From Flavobacteriales bacterium (GTDB lineage: Bacteria > Bacteroidota > Bacteroidia > Flavobacteriales_F > PHOS-HE28): DNA of 34,159 nucleotides. The notes beneath the pieces were generated by a model, which did no database searches, was not told the DNA's origin, and saw only the letters and a list, made by a program, of their open reading frames with translations. Numbering within the stretch: the first letter of the stretch is position 1; every line of letters starts with the position of its first letter. Location of the stretch: NCBI GenBank assembly GCA_035441065.1, contig DAORNP010000015.1, forward strand, positions 1 to 34,159. Reading direction: 5' to 3'. The position numbers and the translations under genes are program-made. Below, in pieces: positions 27,005 to 34,159 of the stretch.

Positions 27005-28453
27005 ATGTCTCAGACGCTGATCGCCTCGCTCTTCACCCCCGCCAACTACATCAACGGCTCCTGGTCCTTCGAGGGCGATGGCAGCTTCAACACCGTGGTG
27101 GACAAGTACCACGGCGCCGAGCTGGCACGGATCCCGAACGCGTCGGAGGCGCAGATGGAAGAAGCGATCGCCGCTGCTCATGCGAGCCGCGATGTGCTGC
27201 GGAAGATGAGCGCCGGCGAGCGCAGCGCGAAGCTCGATGCACTGGCCGCGCTGATCGCGAAGCACGAAGACGAGATTGCCGAGCTGATGGTAAAGGAGGC
27301 CGGCAAGCCCATCGGCGCGGCGCGGGTCGAGGTGGCGCGCAGCATCACCACAGTGCGCACGGCCGCTGCGGAAGCGCTTCGATTCGGTGGTGAGGTCACG
27401 CCCATGGACTTCGGCGCGGGCGTTGGCAAGACCGCCTTCACCAAGCGCTTCCCGATCGGTGTCATCGCCGCCATCACGCCTTTCAACTTCCCGCTGAACC
27501 TGGTGCTGCACAAGGTGGCGCCGGCCATGGCGGTGGGCTGTCCAGTGGTGCTGAAGCCCTCTCCTCAAGCACCGCTGTGCTCCTTCGTGCTCGCGCGCTT
27601 CATGGAGGAGATTGGCTGGCCCAAGGAGGCCTTCCATGTGTTGATGTGCGGCGTGTCTGTGGCTGAGAAGCTCGTGAAGGACGAACGCGTGGCCATGCTC
27701 AGCTTCACCGGCAGTGACAAAGTGGGCTGGCACCTGAAGAATATCTGCGGCAAGAAGAAGCTCGCGCTGGAGCTGGGCGGCAACGCAGCCGTGATCATCG
27801 ACGATGGCACCGACCTCGCCGCTGCTGCGAAGACCGTGGCCGCAGGTGCCAACGCCTACGCCGGGCAGACCTGCATCAGCACGCAGCGCATTTATGCCGT
27901 GAAGAGCGTGTTCGCGCAGTTCCGAGATCTGCTCGTGAAGGAGTACGCCGCATTGAAGGCAGGTGATCCCAGCGACGCCAGCGTGACCGCAGGCCCCATC
28001 ATCGACAAGGGGCACTTCGAGCGGATAGGCGGTTGGGTGGCTGAAGCTGTGCAGGGCGGAGCGCGACTGCTGGCGGGTGGGAAGCCAGTGGATGCGGCGC
28101 GCAACGTGTATGCACCGACCCTGCTCACCGGCACCAAGGACAGCATGAAAGTGAGCTGCGCGGAAGTGTTCGGTCCAGTCGCAGTGCTCGAAGAGGTTCC
28201 GGACTTCAGCGAAGCGATCGCTCAAGTGAACAACAGCACCTACGGCCTGCAGGCGGGTGTTTTCACCGATTCAGTGATGCACATGAAGCAGGCGCACGAG
28301 GAGCTGGAGGTGGGCGGCATCATCATCGGCAATGTGCCGGGTTTCCGTATCGACAGCATGCCCTACGGTGGCATCAAGGACAGCGGGCTGGGGCGCGAGG
28401 GCGTCAAGTACGCCATGGAGGAGATGAGCGAGCCGCGGCTGCTGGTGTATTGA
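27005..28453 (+). CDS. NAD(P)+-dependent aldehyde dehydrogenase
   Basis: Start trimmed to MSQTLIASLF. Catalytic Glu (LALELGGNA) and Cys (AGQTCISTQR), C-terminal EEMSEPRLLV-type tail. 482 aa. Confidence 0.93.
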   Translation: MSQTLIASLFTPANYINGSWSFEGDGSFNTVVDKYHGAELARIPNASEAQMEEAIAAAHASRDVLRKMSAGERSAKLDALAALIAKHEDEIAELMVKEAGKPIGAARVEVARSITTVRTAAAEALRFGGEVTPMDFGAGVGKTAFTKRFPIGVIAAITPFNFPLNLVLHKVAPAMAVGCPVVLKPSPQAPLCSFVLARFMEEIGWPKEAFHVLMCGVSVAEKLVKDERVAMLSFTGSDKVGWHLKNICGKKKLALELGGNAAVIIDDGTDLAAAAKTVAAGANAYAGQTCISTQRIYAVKSVFAQFRDLLVKEYAALKAGDPSDASVTAGPIIDKGHFERIGGWVAEAVQGGARLLAGGKPVDAARNVYAPTLLTGTKDSMKVSCAEVFGPVAVLEEVPDFSEAIAQVNNSTYGLQAGVFTDSVMHMKQAHEELEVGGIIIGNVPGFRIDSMPYGGIKDSGLGREGVKYAMEEMSEPRLLVY

Positions 28454-28454
28454 C

Positions 28455-29156
28455 TCAGCGCCCGGTCCAAGCCGCGCGGACCGCTTCTTTGTGCGTACGG
28501 CCGAGCGGGAGGCTCGCTCCGTCGAGCAGCACCTCCTTCTCGGTGAGCGCGGTGATGCGTCGCGCATCGACCAGGAAGCCTCTGTGGATGCGCACGAAAT
28601 GCGGCGAAGCCAGGCGCTCTTCCATGCCATTGAGTGTTGCGGTGAGCACGTAGCGCTGTCCCACCGTGTGGATCACCACATAGTTGTCGTCCGCTTCCAT
28701 GTAGCGGATGTCGTCGATGCGTACCTTCACTAACCGCCCCTTGTCGCGCACGAGCAGATGGTCCTTGGCTACGCCGAAGCCGATTCGCGCCAATGCGATG
28801 GTGATCTGCGCGCGCAGGTCGGCGGCCTCGAACGGCTTGATCACGAAGCCTTCGGGCCTTGTGGCCTTCACACGTTCAAGCGTTGCTGAATCGGCATGCG
28901 AGGTGATGTAAAGGAAGGGTATGCGCAATCTGCTCGTGAGCTCTTGTGCTACTTCAACGCCGTCAGGAGCGCCGTGCAACCGGATATCGAGCAGCGCCAA
29001 GTCGGGCTGTTCTTGCTGCGCCAAGGTGATTGCCATGTTGCCGTTGTGCGCGATGCCCACCACCATGTGCCCCATCTCCTCCAGCATCGCCTGCATGTCA
29101 GCAGCGATGAGCGGCTCGTCCTCGACGATGAGCAGTCGTGCGCGCTGCATGTTCAT
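28455..29156 (-). CDS. LytTR/AlgR-family response regulator (REC + LytTR DNA-binding domain)
   Basis: REC domain (LLIVEDEPLIA..., phosphoacceptor region LALLDIRL). C-terminal LytTR domain (IRYMEADDNYVVIHT...FVRIHRGFLV). Confidence 0.92.
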   Translation of the reverse strand: MNMQRARLLIVEDEPLIAADMQAMLEEMGHMVVGIAHNGNMAITLAQQEQPDLALLDIRLHGAPDGVEVAQELTSRLRIPFLYITSHADSATLERVKATRPEGFVIKPFEAADLRAQITIALARIGFGVAKDHLLVRDKGRLVKVRIDDIRYMEADDNYVVIHTVGQRYVLTATLNGMEERLASPHFVRIHRGFLVDARRITALTEKEVLLDGASLPLGRTHKEAVRAAWTGR

Positions 29157-30958
29157 GCGGTGATCCTGAATTCGCGGATGGCCATGCGCACAGCAGTCCC
29201 CGGCGATCCGTTCATCACGTAGGTCGCGTTCAATCGCGTGGCGAAGCTCTTCAGCAATTGCAACCCGAAGCCCTCGTGCTCGGCCTTGTCCGAATGGCCC
29301 ACGCCATCATCAACCACATGCAGTTGGAGCTCATCGCCTGCGAGGCGGAGCGATACGACGATACGGCCCGTGCGTCCTTCTGGGAACGCATGCTTCATGG
29401 CGTTCACCAGCAGCTCATTCAGGATGAGCCCGATGGGGACGGCGGTATCCACGTCGAGCCGGATATCGTCAACCTGTGCTTCGATGCGGATGCGATCCTC
29501 CGTGAGGCCGTGACTCTCGAGCAGTCCTTGAATGAGCTTCTGCACGTAGGGCCGCATGGCGATTCCGCGCGGATCATCCGCGCGGTAGAGATCCTGGTGA
29601 ATGAGCGCCATGCTGCGCACGCGGTCCTGGCTCTCACGCACGGCATCGCGCGCGGCGGGATCGTTGATGCGTCGCCCTTGCATGCGCAACAAGCTGCCTA
29701 CCAGCTGCAGGTTGTTCTTCACGCGGTGGTGCAGTTCGCGCAGCAGCAGGTCCTTCTCGCCAATGGCACCCTCTAGTGCTTGGTTCTTCGTGCCCAGCGC
29801 GAGGGTAAGCGCTCGCCGCTGCCGATACGCGCGCAGCAGCAACAGGCCGGCAATCGCCATGATCAGTGCTGCGGCCCCGGCCATCCAGGCCATGCGCGTG
29901 CGTTGCAGCACCTGTGCGCGCTGCTGCTCAATCTCCGCATCCTTGCGCGCGCTGTCGAAGCGTTCTTGCGCCTCGGCCACGGCTCGCTGCTGTTCGGTGC
30001 GGAAGAGCGTGTCGCGCCAGCTCAGGTGCTCTTGGAGCCGCTCGTATGCCAGCGCGTTGTTGTTCATGGCATGCGCCGCCATGGCCTGCGCATGCAGCGC
30101 ATCGGCGAGCGATGCTGCCAGGTTCGCGCTGCGTGCTATCGCGGTCGCGAGCACCAAGTGCTCCATGGCCTCCGCCGGCCTCTTGGCAGCGATGAGCGCG
30201 TTGCCAAGGCCGATATGCATACCACAGCGCACCGGCGAATCGCCTGAAGTGCCAATGGACGCAAGCGCTTCATGGTACAGTGGTATGGCCGCTAGATGAT
30301 CACCGCGCATGGAACGCAGTTGCGCCAACTCGAATCGCGCGATGGCACCGTGCGCCTCACCAGCTCCGGTGAGCAGTTCAACGGAGCGGCTCAAGCAGGC
30401 CTCGGCGCTATCAAGCTGCCCCGCATCGCGGTATGCTTTGCCGAGCTCCTGCATCATGCCCGCTTGCCAGAGCGGCTGCCCTGTGCTCGCGTAGCCATCG
30501 GCAGCCGTGCGGTAATGCTCCACCGCCTTGTCGAAGCGCTTCAGTGCTGCATGCGCGTTGGCCACATTGCTATGGATGATAAAAGTGGCTTCGCGCTCAC
30601 CGGCCTCTTCATAGAGTGCAATCGACCGGAGGTAGTGCTCGAGCGCGCGGTCATGCCGGCCCATGAGCGTGAGCGGCATGCCTACCGCATTCTCAGCCTT
30701 CGCGCGACGCATCAGCGACGCGCTGGCTGCCACGCCGCGCATCGCTTCTGCATGGAATAGCGCGCTATCCGGCGCGCTGCGCAAATGGGCGCGGAACAGC
30801 GCGAGGTGCGCCTCGTAGCGCAAGCTGTCATCCGTTGCTTGCGCCAGCATGCTGCGCAACGAGTCGAGCCTCAGTTGGGCGTTGACTGTTGCCACCTGCA
30901 TGACGGCAGCGAACAGGAATCCGAATCGCATTGATGCCCGCATGCTGCGAAGGAACAT
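29153..30958 (-). CDS. TPR-repeat sensor histidine kinase (HisKA_2 / HATPase_c)
   Basis: Signal-like N-terminus (MRFGFLFAAVMQVATVNAQ), about 300 aa of TPR-like helical repeats, one TM helix (MAWMAGAAALIMAIAGLLLL). HisKA_2 H-box LHHRVKNNLQLV, ATPase N- and G-boxes (LNELLVNAMKHAF, DDGVG, GFGLQL). ATGA overlap with the response regulator gene. Confidence 0.88.
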   Translation of the reverse strand: MFLRSMRASMRFGFLFAAVMQVATVNAQLRLDSLRSMLAQATDDSLRYEAHLALFRAHLRSAPDSALFHAEAMRGVAASASLMRRAKAENAVGMPLTLMGRHDRALEHYLRSIALYEEAGEREATFIIHSNVANAHAALKRFDKAVEHYRTAADGYASTGQPLWQAGMMQELGKAYRDAGQLDSAEACLSRSVELLTGAGEAHGAIARFELAQLRSMRGDHLAAIPLYHEALASIGTSGDSPVRCGMHIGLGNALIAAKRPAEAMEHLVLATAIARSANLAASLADALHAQAMAAHAMNNNALAYERLQEHLSWRDTLFRTEQQRAVAEAQERFDSARKDAEIEQQRAQVLQRTRMAWMAGAAALIMAIAGLLLLRAYRQRRALTLALGTKNQALEGAIGEKDLLLRELHHRVKNNLQLVGSLLRMQGRRINDPAARDAVRESQDRVRSMALIHQDLYRADDPRGIAMRPYVQKLIQGLLESHGLTEDRIRIEAQVDDIRLDVDTAVPIGLILNELLVNAMKHAFPEGRTGRIVVSLRLAGDELQLHVVDDGVGHSDKAEHEGFGLQLLKSFATRLNATYVMNGSPGTAVRMAIREFRITA

Positions 30959-30960
30959 CC

Positions 30961-33141
30961 TTAGGGCAGCTGCTGTAAGCGCGTCGCTGTGGGATTTCCG
31001 CCGCCGATATTCACCAGTATCGGATCGCGGTCATTGTACTGTCCGACGTACTTCACGATGCCATCCAAGTTGGTATCCTCGGGCCAGTAGCCGATCACGG
31101 TAATGGTAGGATTGCTTCCTCCGATGCGGGCAAGGATCGGATCGCGGTCGTTGTTCTGCCCGATGTATTTGAGCGCGCCATCCGGTTCAACATTTCCCGC
31201 CCAGAGCACCATGTGATCTCCGATTTGCTTGCGCGCGTCGGTGCCCCAAGTGGGTGTGGCAGGGGCGGTGAAGTCAACCACCAATGGAGCAGCGGACAAG
31301 GTCACCGGCTGGGCGGTCATCACAGCCAAGTGGTTGCGGTGCCTGATGGCGATGTGGTAGTCGCCATCACCGGCACAGAAACCCACTGGCGCCACGCCAT
31401 CCACGGCCACGATATCGCCATCGCGCTGGAGCAGTGCGGCGCGCCGGGCGATCACAACGCTGGGATCATTGGCCACGCGCAGCTCCACGAGCACCCAATC
31501 GACAATGGCCGGCGAAAGCGTCCACGTGAGCACTTGCGGCGTGGTGCTCGCATCCTGTTCCAGCATGAAGCCCATATCGCTGTATGGCTCGTTCAGCGGG
31601 ATCAGTCCGGCCAAACGGAGCTCGTCGCGTTGCGGCAAGAAGAACTCCGTGTCATAAGCGCCTTCGAGGAAAACCTTCGGGCGAACGAAGATTCCCGCGC
31701 AATCGGGCTTGCGGTATTGGATCACGAAGGCATCGGTGCTGCCGGCATTCGTGAGCAGTTGCACGCCCGGCCCTGGGTCTGCATCGAGGGTTTGCAGGTA
31801 GCTGCCTGCCACAACGAAACGACCTTGGGTGCCGAGTGCCACGGCATTGGCCCTATCGTTCTGCGCCGACCCGAAACCGAAGCCGAAGATGAGCGCGCCG
31901 CCAGCGGTGTAGCTGGCCACGAAGGCATCGCCACCACCATTGGTGAGCAGGTTCAAGGTGCCGGGGCCGGGATCCAGGTCCAGCGCCGTGGTGCCGAAAG
32001 TGCCGTACTCGCCGCAAACCATGATGCGGTTGAGCGCATCCACCTTCAGGGAAAAGCCCTCATTGATGAAGCTCTTGAGCATGAAGGACCACGCGAAGGA
32101 GCCATCGCTGTTGAGCTTGGCCACGAATGCGGGCTCCGTGAAATCGCCCGCAAGGTTGAAGACGCCCGGTCCGGGGTCGAAGTCGGCATTGCTTGTTATG
32201 CGGCCGGTGAAGACAGGGCCACCATCGGGTCCCACACCGATGGCTCGACCACGCTCATTGCCGGTTGCGCCGATGCCATGACCCCATAGGAAGCCGCCTG
32301 CCGAGGACAACTTGAGCACGAAGATGTCGGCATCGCCGCCACTGGTGCGCGAGGTCATGCCGGCTCCAGGATCCAGATCGATGGTGTTACGGAACTCGCC
32401 GGTGACGATGACGTTGTCCAGCGCATCCACGCACACGGCGTAGGCAATGTCATGCGCGGTGCCGCCGACCGAAACGCCCCAGATGAAATTGCCATCCGGA
32501 TCCATCTTCTGCACGAAGGCGTCCTGCTGGCCATTTCCACCGGCGGTTGCAACGCCGGGTCCGGGATCCAGATCGCCGCTGCTCCCCAAGGAGCCCACGG
32601 TGATCACATTGCCTTGGCCGTCGATGGCGATTCCGTAACCCTCGTCGTTGCCTAACCCCCCGAAGATGCGCCCCCACTGGTAGTCGCCATTCGATGCGAG
32701 CTTGATGACGAAGACGGCGTGGACCGTATTGGGGGTGGTTCGAAGATCAGTGCCCGGACCGGGATTCAGGTCAACCGTGCCCCCCACGCGCCCTGTGATG
32801 TACACGTTGCCTTGCCCATCCACTGCCAAGCTGCGCGCGTATTCGGCGTTGCTGTTGCCAATGGAACCGCCCCAGAGGAAGTGACCGGCTGAATCGAGCT
32901 TCTGAAGGTAGATGTCGTGGCTGCCATTGCTGGTCACATTGAACACGCCTGGGCCGGGGTCCAGGTCCACGGTGTTCACGAAGATGCCTGCGGTGATCAC
33001 GCTGTTCTGGTCATCGATGGCGGTGGCGTAGGCATTCTCGGTCGAGGTGCCGCCCACGGAGCGCGCCCAGTCGAGCGACTGCGCCGTGCCAGCGGATGCA
33101 ATGAGTATTAGCGTGGCAGGCAGGAAATGGCGCGCATTCAT
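30961..33141 (-). CDS. secreted seven-blade SBBP-like beta-propeller protein with C-terminal duplicated dockerin-like Ca-binding segment
   Basis: Start trimmed to MNARHFLPATLILIASAGTAQS. Seven ~65-aa repeats each contain D(L/F/A)(D/N)PG(P/A)G and (F/Y)(V/L)xK(L/M) ...G...W. Then comes a conserved module (KVFLEGAY...VDWVLVELR...LLQRDGDIV...IRHRNHL). The tail has two copies of DG..KY.GQ.NDRDPIL..IGG.NPT. The stop is 2 nt before the kinase start. Confidence 0.85.
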   Translation of the reverse strand: MNARHFLPATLILIASAGTAQSLDWARSVGGTSTENAYATAIDDQNSVITAGIFVNTVDLDPGPGVFNVTSNGSHDIYLQKLDSAGHFLWGGSIGNSNAEYARSLAVDGQGNVYITGRVGGTVDLNPGPGTDLRTTPNTVHAVFVIKLASNGDYQWGRIFGGLGNDEGYGIAIDGQGNVITVGSLGSSGDLDPGPGVATAGGNGQQDAFVQKMDPDGNFIWGVSVGGTAHDIAYAVCVDALDNVIVTGEFRNTIDLDPGAGMTSRTSGGDADIFVLKLSSAGGFLWGHGIGATGNERGRAIGVGPDGGPVFTGRITSNADFDPGPGVFNLAGDFTEPAFVAKLNSDGSFAWSFMLKSFINEGFSLKVDALNRIMVCGEYGTFGTTALDLDPGPGTLNLLTNGGGDAFVASYTAGGALIFGFGFGSAQNDRANAVALGTQGRFVVAGSYLQTLDADPGPGVQLLTNAGSTDAFVIQYRKPDCAGIFVRPKVFLEGAYDTEFFLPQRDELRLAGLIPLNEPYSDMGFMLEQDASTTPQVLTWTLSPAIVDWVLVELRVANDPSVVIARRAALLQRDGDIVAVDGVAPVGFCAGDGDYHIAIRHRNHLAVMTAQPVTLSAAPLVVDFTAPATPTWGTDARKQIGDHMVLWAGNVEPDGALKYIGQNNDRDPILARIGGSNPTITVIGYWPEDTNLDGIVKYVGQYNDRDPILVNIGGGNPTATRLQQLP

Positions 33142-33163
33142 GGTCCTCCGGATTTGAAGCGGG

Positions 33164-33171
33164 CAAACTAG
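33164..33171 (-). promoter_or_regulatory. candidate -7-like box (CTAGTTTG on minus strand) for the propeller-kinase-regulator operon
   Basis: 22 nt upstream of the ATG at 33141. The same octamer occurs on the opposite strand at 33265-33272. Confidence 0.3.
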
Positions 33172-33264
33172 GCGCTGGTCGATCAAGGTGTGTTCGCTCC
33201 GAACGCCAACGACAGGCTTTCGGTGGTGGGCGGCTCATAGGCTTGCACCTATGGCTCCAACCGA

Positions 33265-33272
33265 CTAGTTTG
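33265..33272 (+). promoter_or_regulatory. candidate -7-like box (CTAGTTTG) for the divergent YVTN-propeller gene
   Basis: 53 nt upstream of the ATG at 33326. It mirrors the box at 33164-33171. Confidence 0.25.
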
Positions 33273-33325
33273 GCGGGCCTCAAAACAGCCGGGTTGCGCC
33301 TTGCCCGGTCTCAAGCCCCAAGACC

Positions 33326-34159
33326 ATGCGCTTCTTCAACGCCAATCGCAAGTCCATCATCCTGCTCGCCTGCACAGGCCTAATCGCAGGGCTTTCCGCC
33401 TTCGAGGAGAAGGAGCAAACTGGCGGAACAGCCAAGGCCATCGGCGGTGGCGTACCGGCTAGCAGCTTCACCAACTTCGAGTCGGCGCACGTTAGCCCGT
33501 TGGCGCTCACACCAGATGGGACGAAGCTGCTGGCCGTGAACACCGGCAACAACAGCTTGGAGGTTTATGCGGTATCTGCCGAAGGGCTCACGCACACGGC
33601 CACCATCCCTGTTGGCCTCGACCCTGTGACCGTGCGCGCACGCACCAACAATGAGGCATGGGTGGTTTGCACCGTGAGCGATGAGATCAGCATCGTGGAC
33701 CTCACGCTGGGGGCCACCATCCGCAGCGTCACCACCCAGAATGAACCATCGGATGTGGTCTTTGCGGGCAGCCCGCAGCGCGCCTTCGTGAGCTGCGCCG
33801 AGCGCGAGAGCGTGCAAGTTTTCGATCCGGCTAATCTGGGAACCGCACCAGTTGAAGTCCTGCTCAAAGGAGAGCAGCCTCGTGCATTGGCGGTGAGCCC
33901 AGATGGCAACACGGTGTATTGCGCCTTCTTCGAGAGCGGCAACGCCACCACAGTGCTCAATGGCAACAGCTTCTTCAACTTCCAGCATGGCACATTCGGC
34001 AACGGCAACCCGAAGCGAGGCGTTTGCTCGCCGCAGGGCGGCTGTACTGTGATCCCGAACGACGTGACCAACCCTGCCGGTCCATACGGAGGTTCGTTGA
34101 ACGCTGCTGCAGGCATCGTACCCAACGCTGGCACCGGGTTCCAGCCGCCGCTGAACGGC
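33326..34159 (+). CDS. secreted YVTN-type beta-propeller repeat protein, 3'-truncated by the window edge
   Basis: My own translation from the ATG at 33326 is open for all 278 codons to the window end. It is absent from the ORF track because it has no stop. Sequence MRFFNANRKSIILLACTGLIAGLSA.. is signal-like. Repeated (T/S)PDG(T/N)..(L/V).. motifs (LTPDGTKLLAVNTGNNSLEVY, VSPDGNTVYCAF). Third positions are G/C-rich. Confidence 0.75.
   Translation, partial: MRFFNANRKSIILLACTGLIAGLSAFEEKEQTGGTAKAIGGGVPASSFTNFESAHVSPLALTPDGTKLLAVNTGNNSLEVYAVSAEGLTHTATIPVGLDPVTVRARTNNEAWVVCTVSDEISIVDLTLGATIRSVTTQNEPSDVVFAGSPQRAFVSCAERESVQVFDPANLGTAPVEVLLKGEQPRALAVSPDGNTVYCAFFESGNATTVLNGNSFFNFQHGTFGNGNPKRGVCSPQGGCTVIPNDVTNPAGPYGGSLNAAAGIVPNAGTGFQPPLNG

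Noticed and set aside
33280-34134. Three minus-strand ORFs (33280..33552, 33380..33988, 33565..34134) at the right edge
   Set aside because: They overlap each other in different frames and have artefact-like composition. The plus-strand frame from 33326 is open throughout and has signal-peptide and YVTN-repeat features.
1-34159. Search for CRISPR arrays, tRNA/rRNA genes, transposases/integrases, prophage or known defence-system genes
   Set aside because: By eye I found no regularly spaced direct repeats, no cloverleaf-like segments in the short intergenic regions, and no recombinase, phage or defence-type proteins among the ORFs. A tRNAscan/Infernal and defence-HMM run would be needed to exclude small RNAs formally.

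Overview
GC-rich chromosomal segment with a strong G/C bias at third codon positions. It looks like a Bacteroidota (FCB-group) genome: a cargo protein with a T9SS C-terminal sorting domain, SBBP/YVTN propeller proteins, a purH-mreBCD-mrdA-rodA arrangement, and TAnnTT(T/C)G-like boxes upstream of lead genes. I support about 29 protein genes. They are very tightly packed, with several 4-nt ATGA overlaps and convergent genes that share or abut stop codons. I saw no rRNA, tRNA, CRISPR array, transposase, integrase or phage genes. Most of the window is housekeeping: tyrS, trmB, purH, the cell-shape/elongasome operon, a PpiD-like chaperone and a Na/Pi transporter. The best candidate for an undescribed system is a co-directional three-gene cassette at 24258..28453. 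It encodes an ATP-grasp ligase with a histone-H1-like K/R/P/A-rich N-terminal tail, a C45-family Ntn hydrolase/acyltransferase with a Gly-Cys processing site, and an aldehyde dehydrogenase. I cannot assign it to any named pathway. The second candidate is a probable operon at 28455..33141. It encodes a secreted seven-blade 'DPGPG' propeller protein with a duplicated dockerin-like Ca-binding tail, directly followed by a histidine kinase with periplasmic TPRs and a HisKA_2 domain, then a LytTR response regulator. Smaller observations are an Ala-type alkyltransferase-like (ATL) protein, an mreB-mreC intercistronic hairpin with heptamer repeats, and a secreted NucA-type nuclease translationally coupled to a glycosyltransferase. 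There is also an orphan membrane histidine kinase divergent from the Na/Pi-PhoU transporter. The many long ORFs antisense to these genes are treated as GC-composition artefacts.
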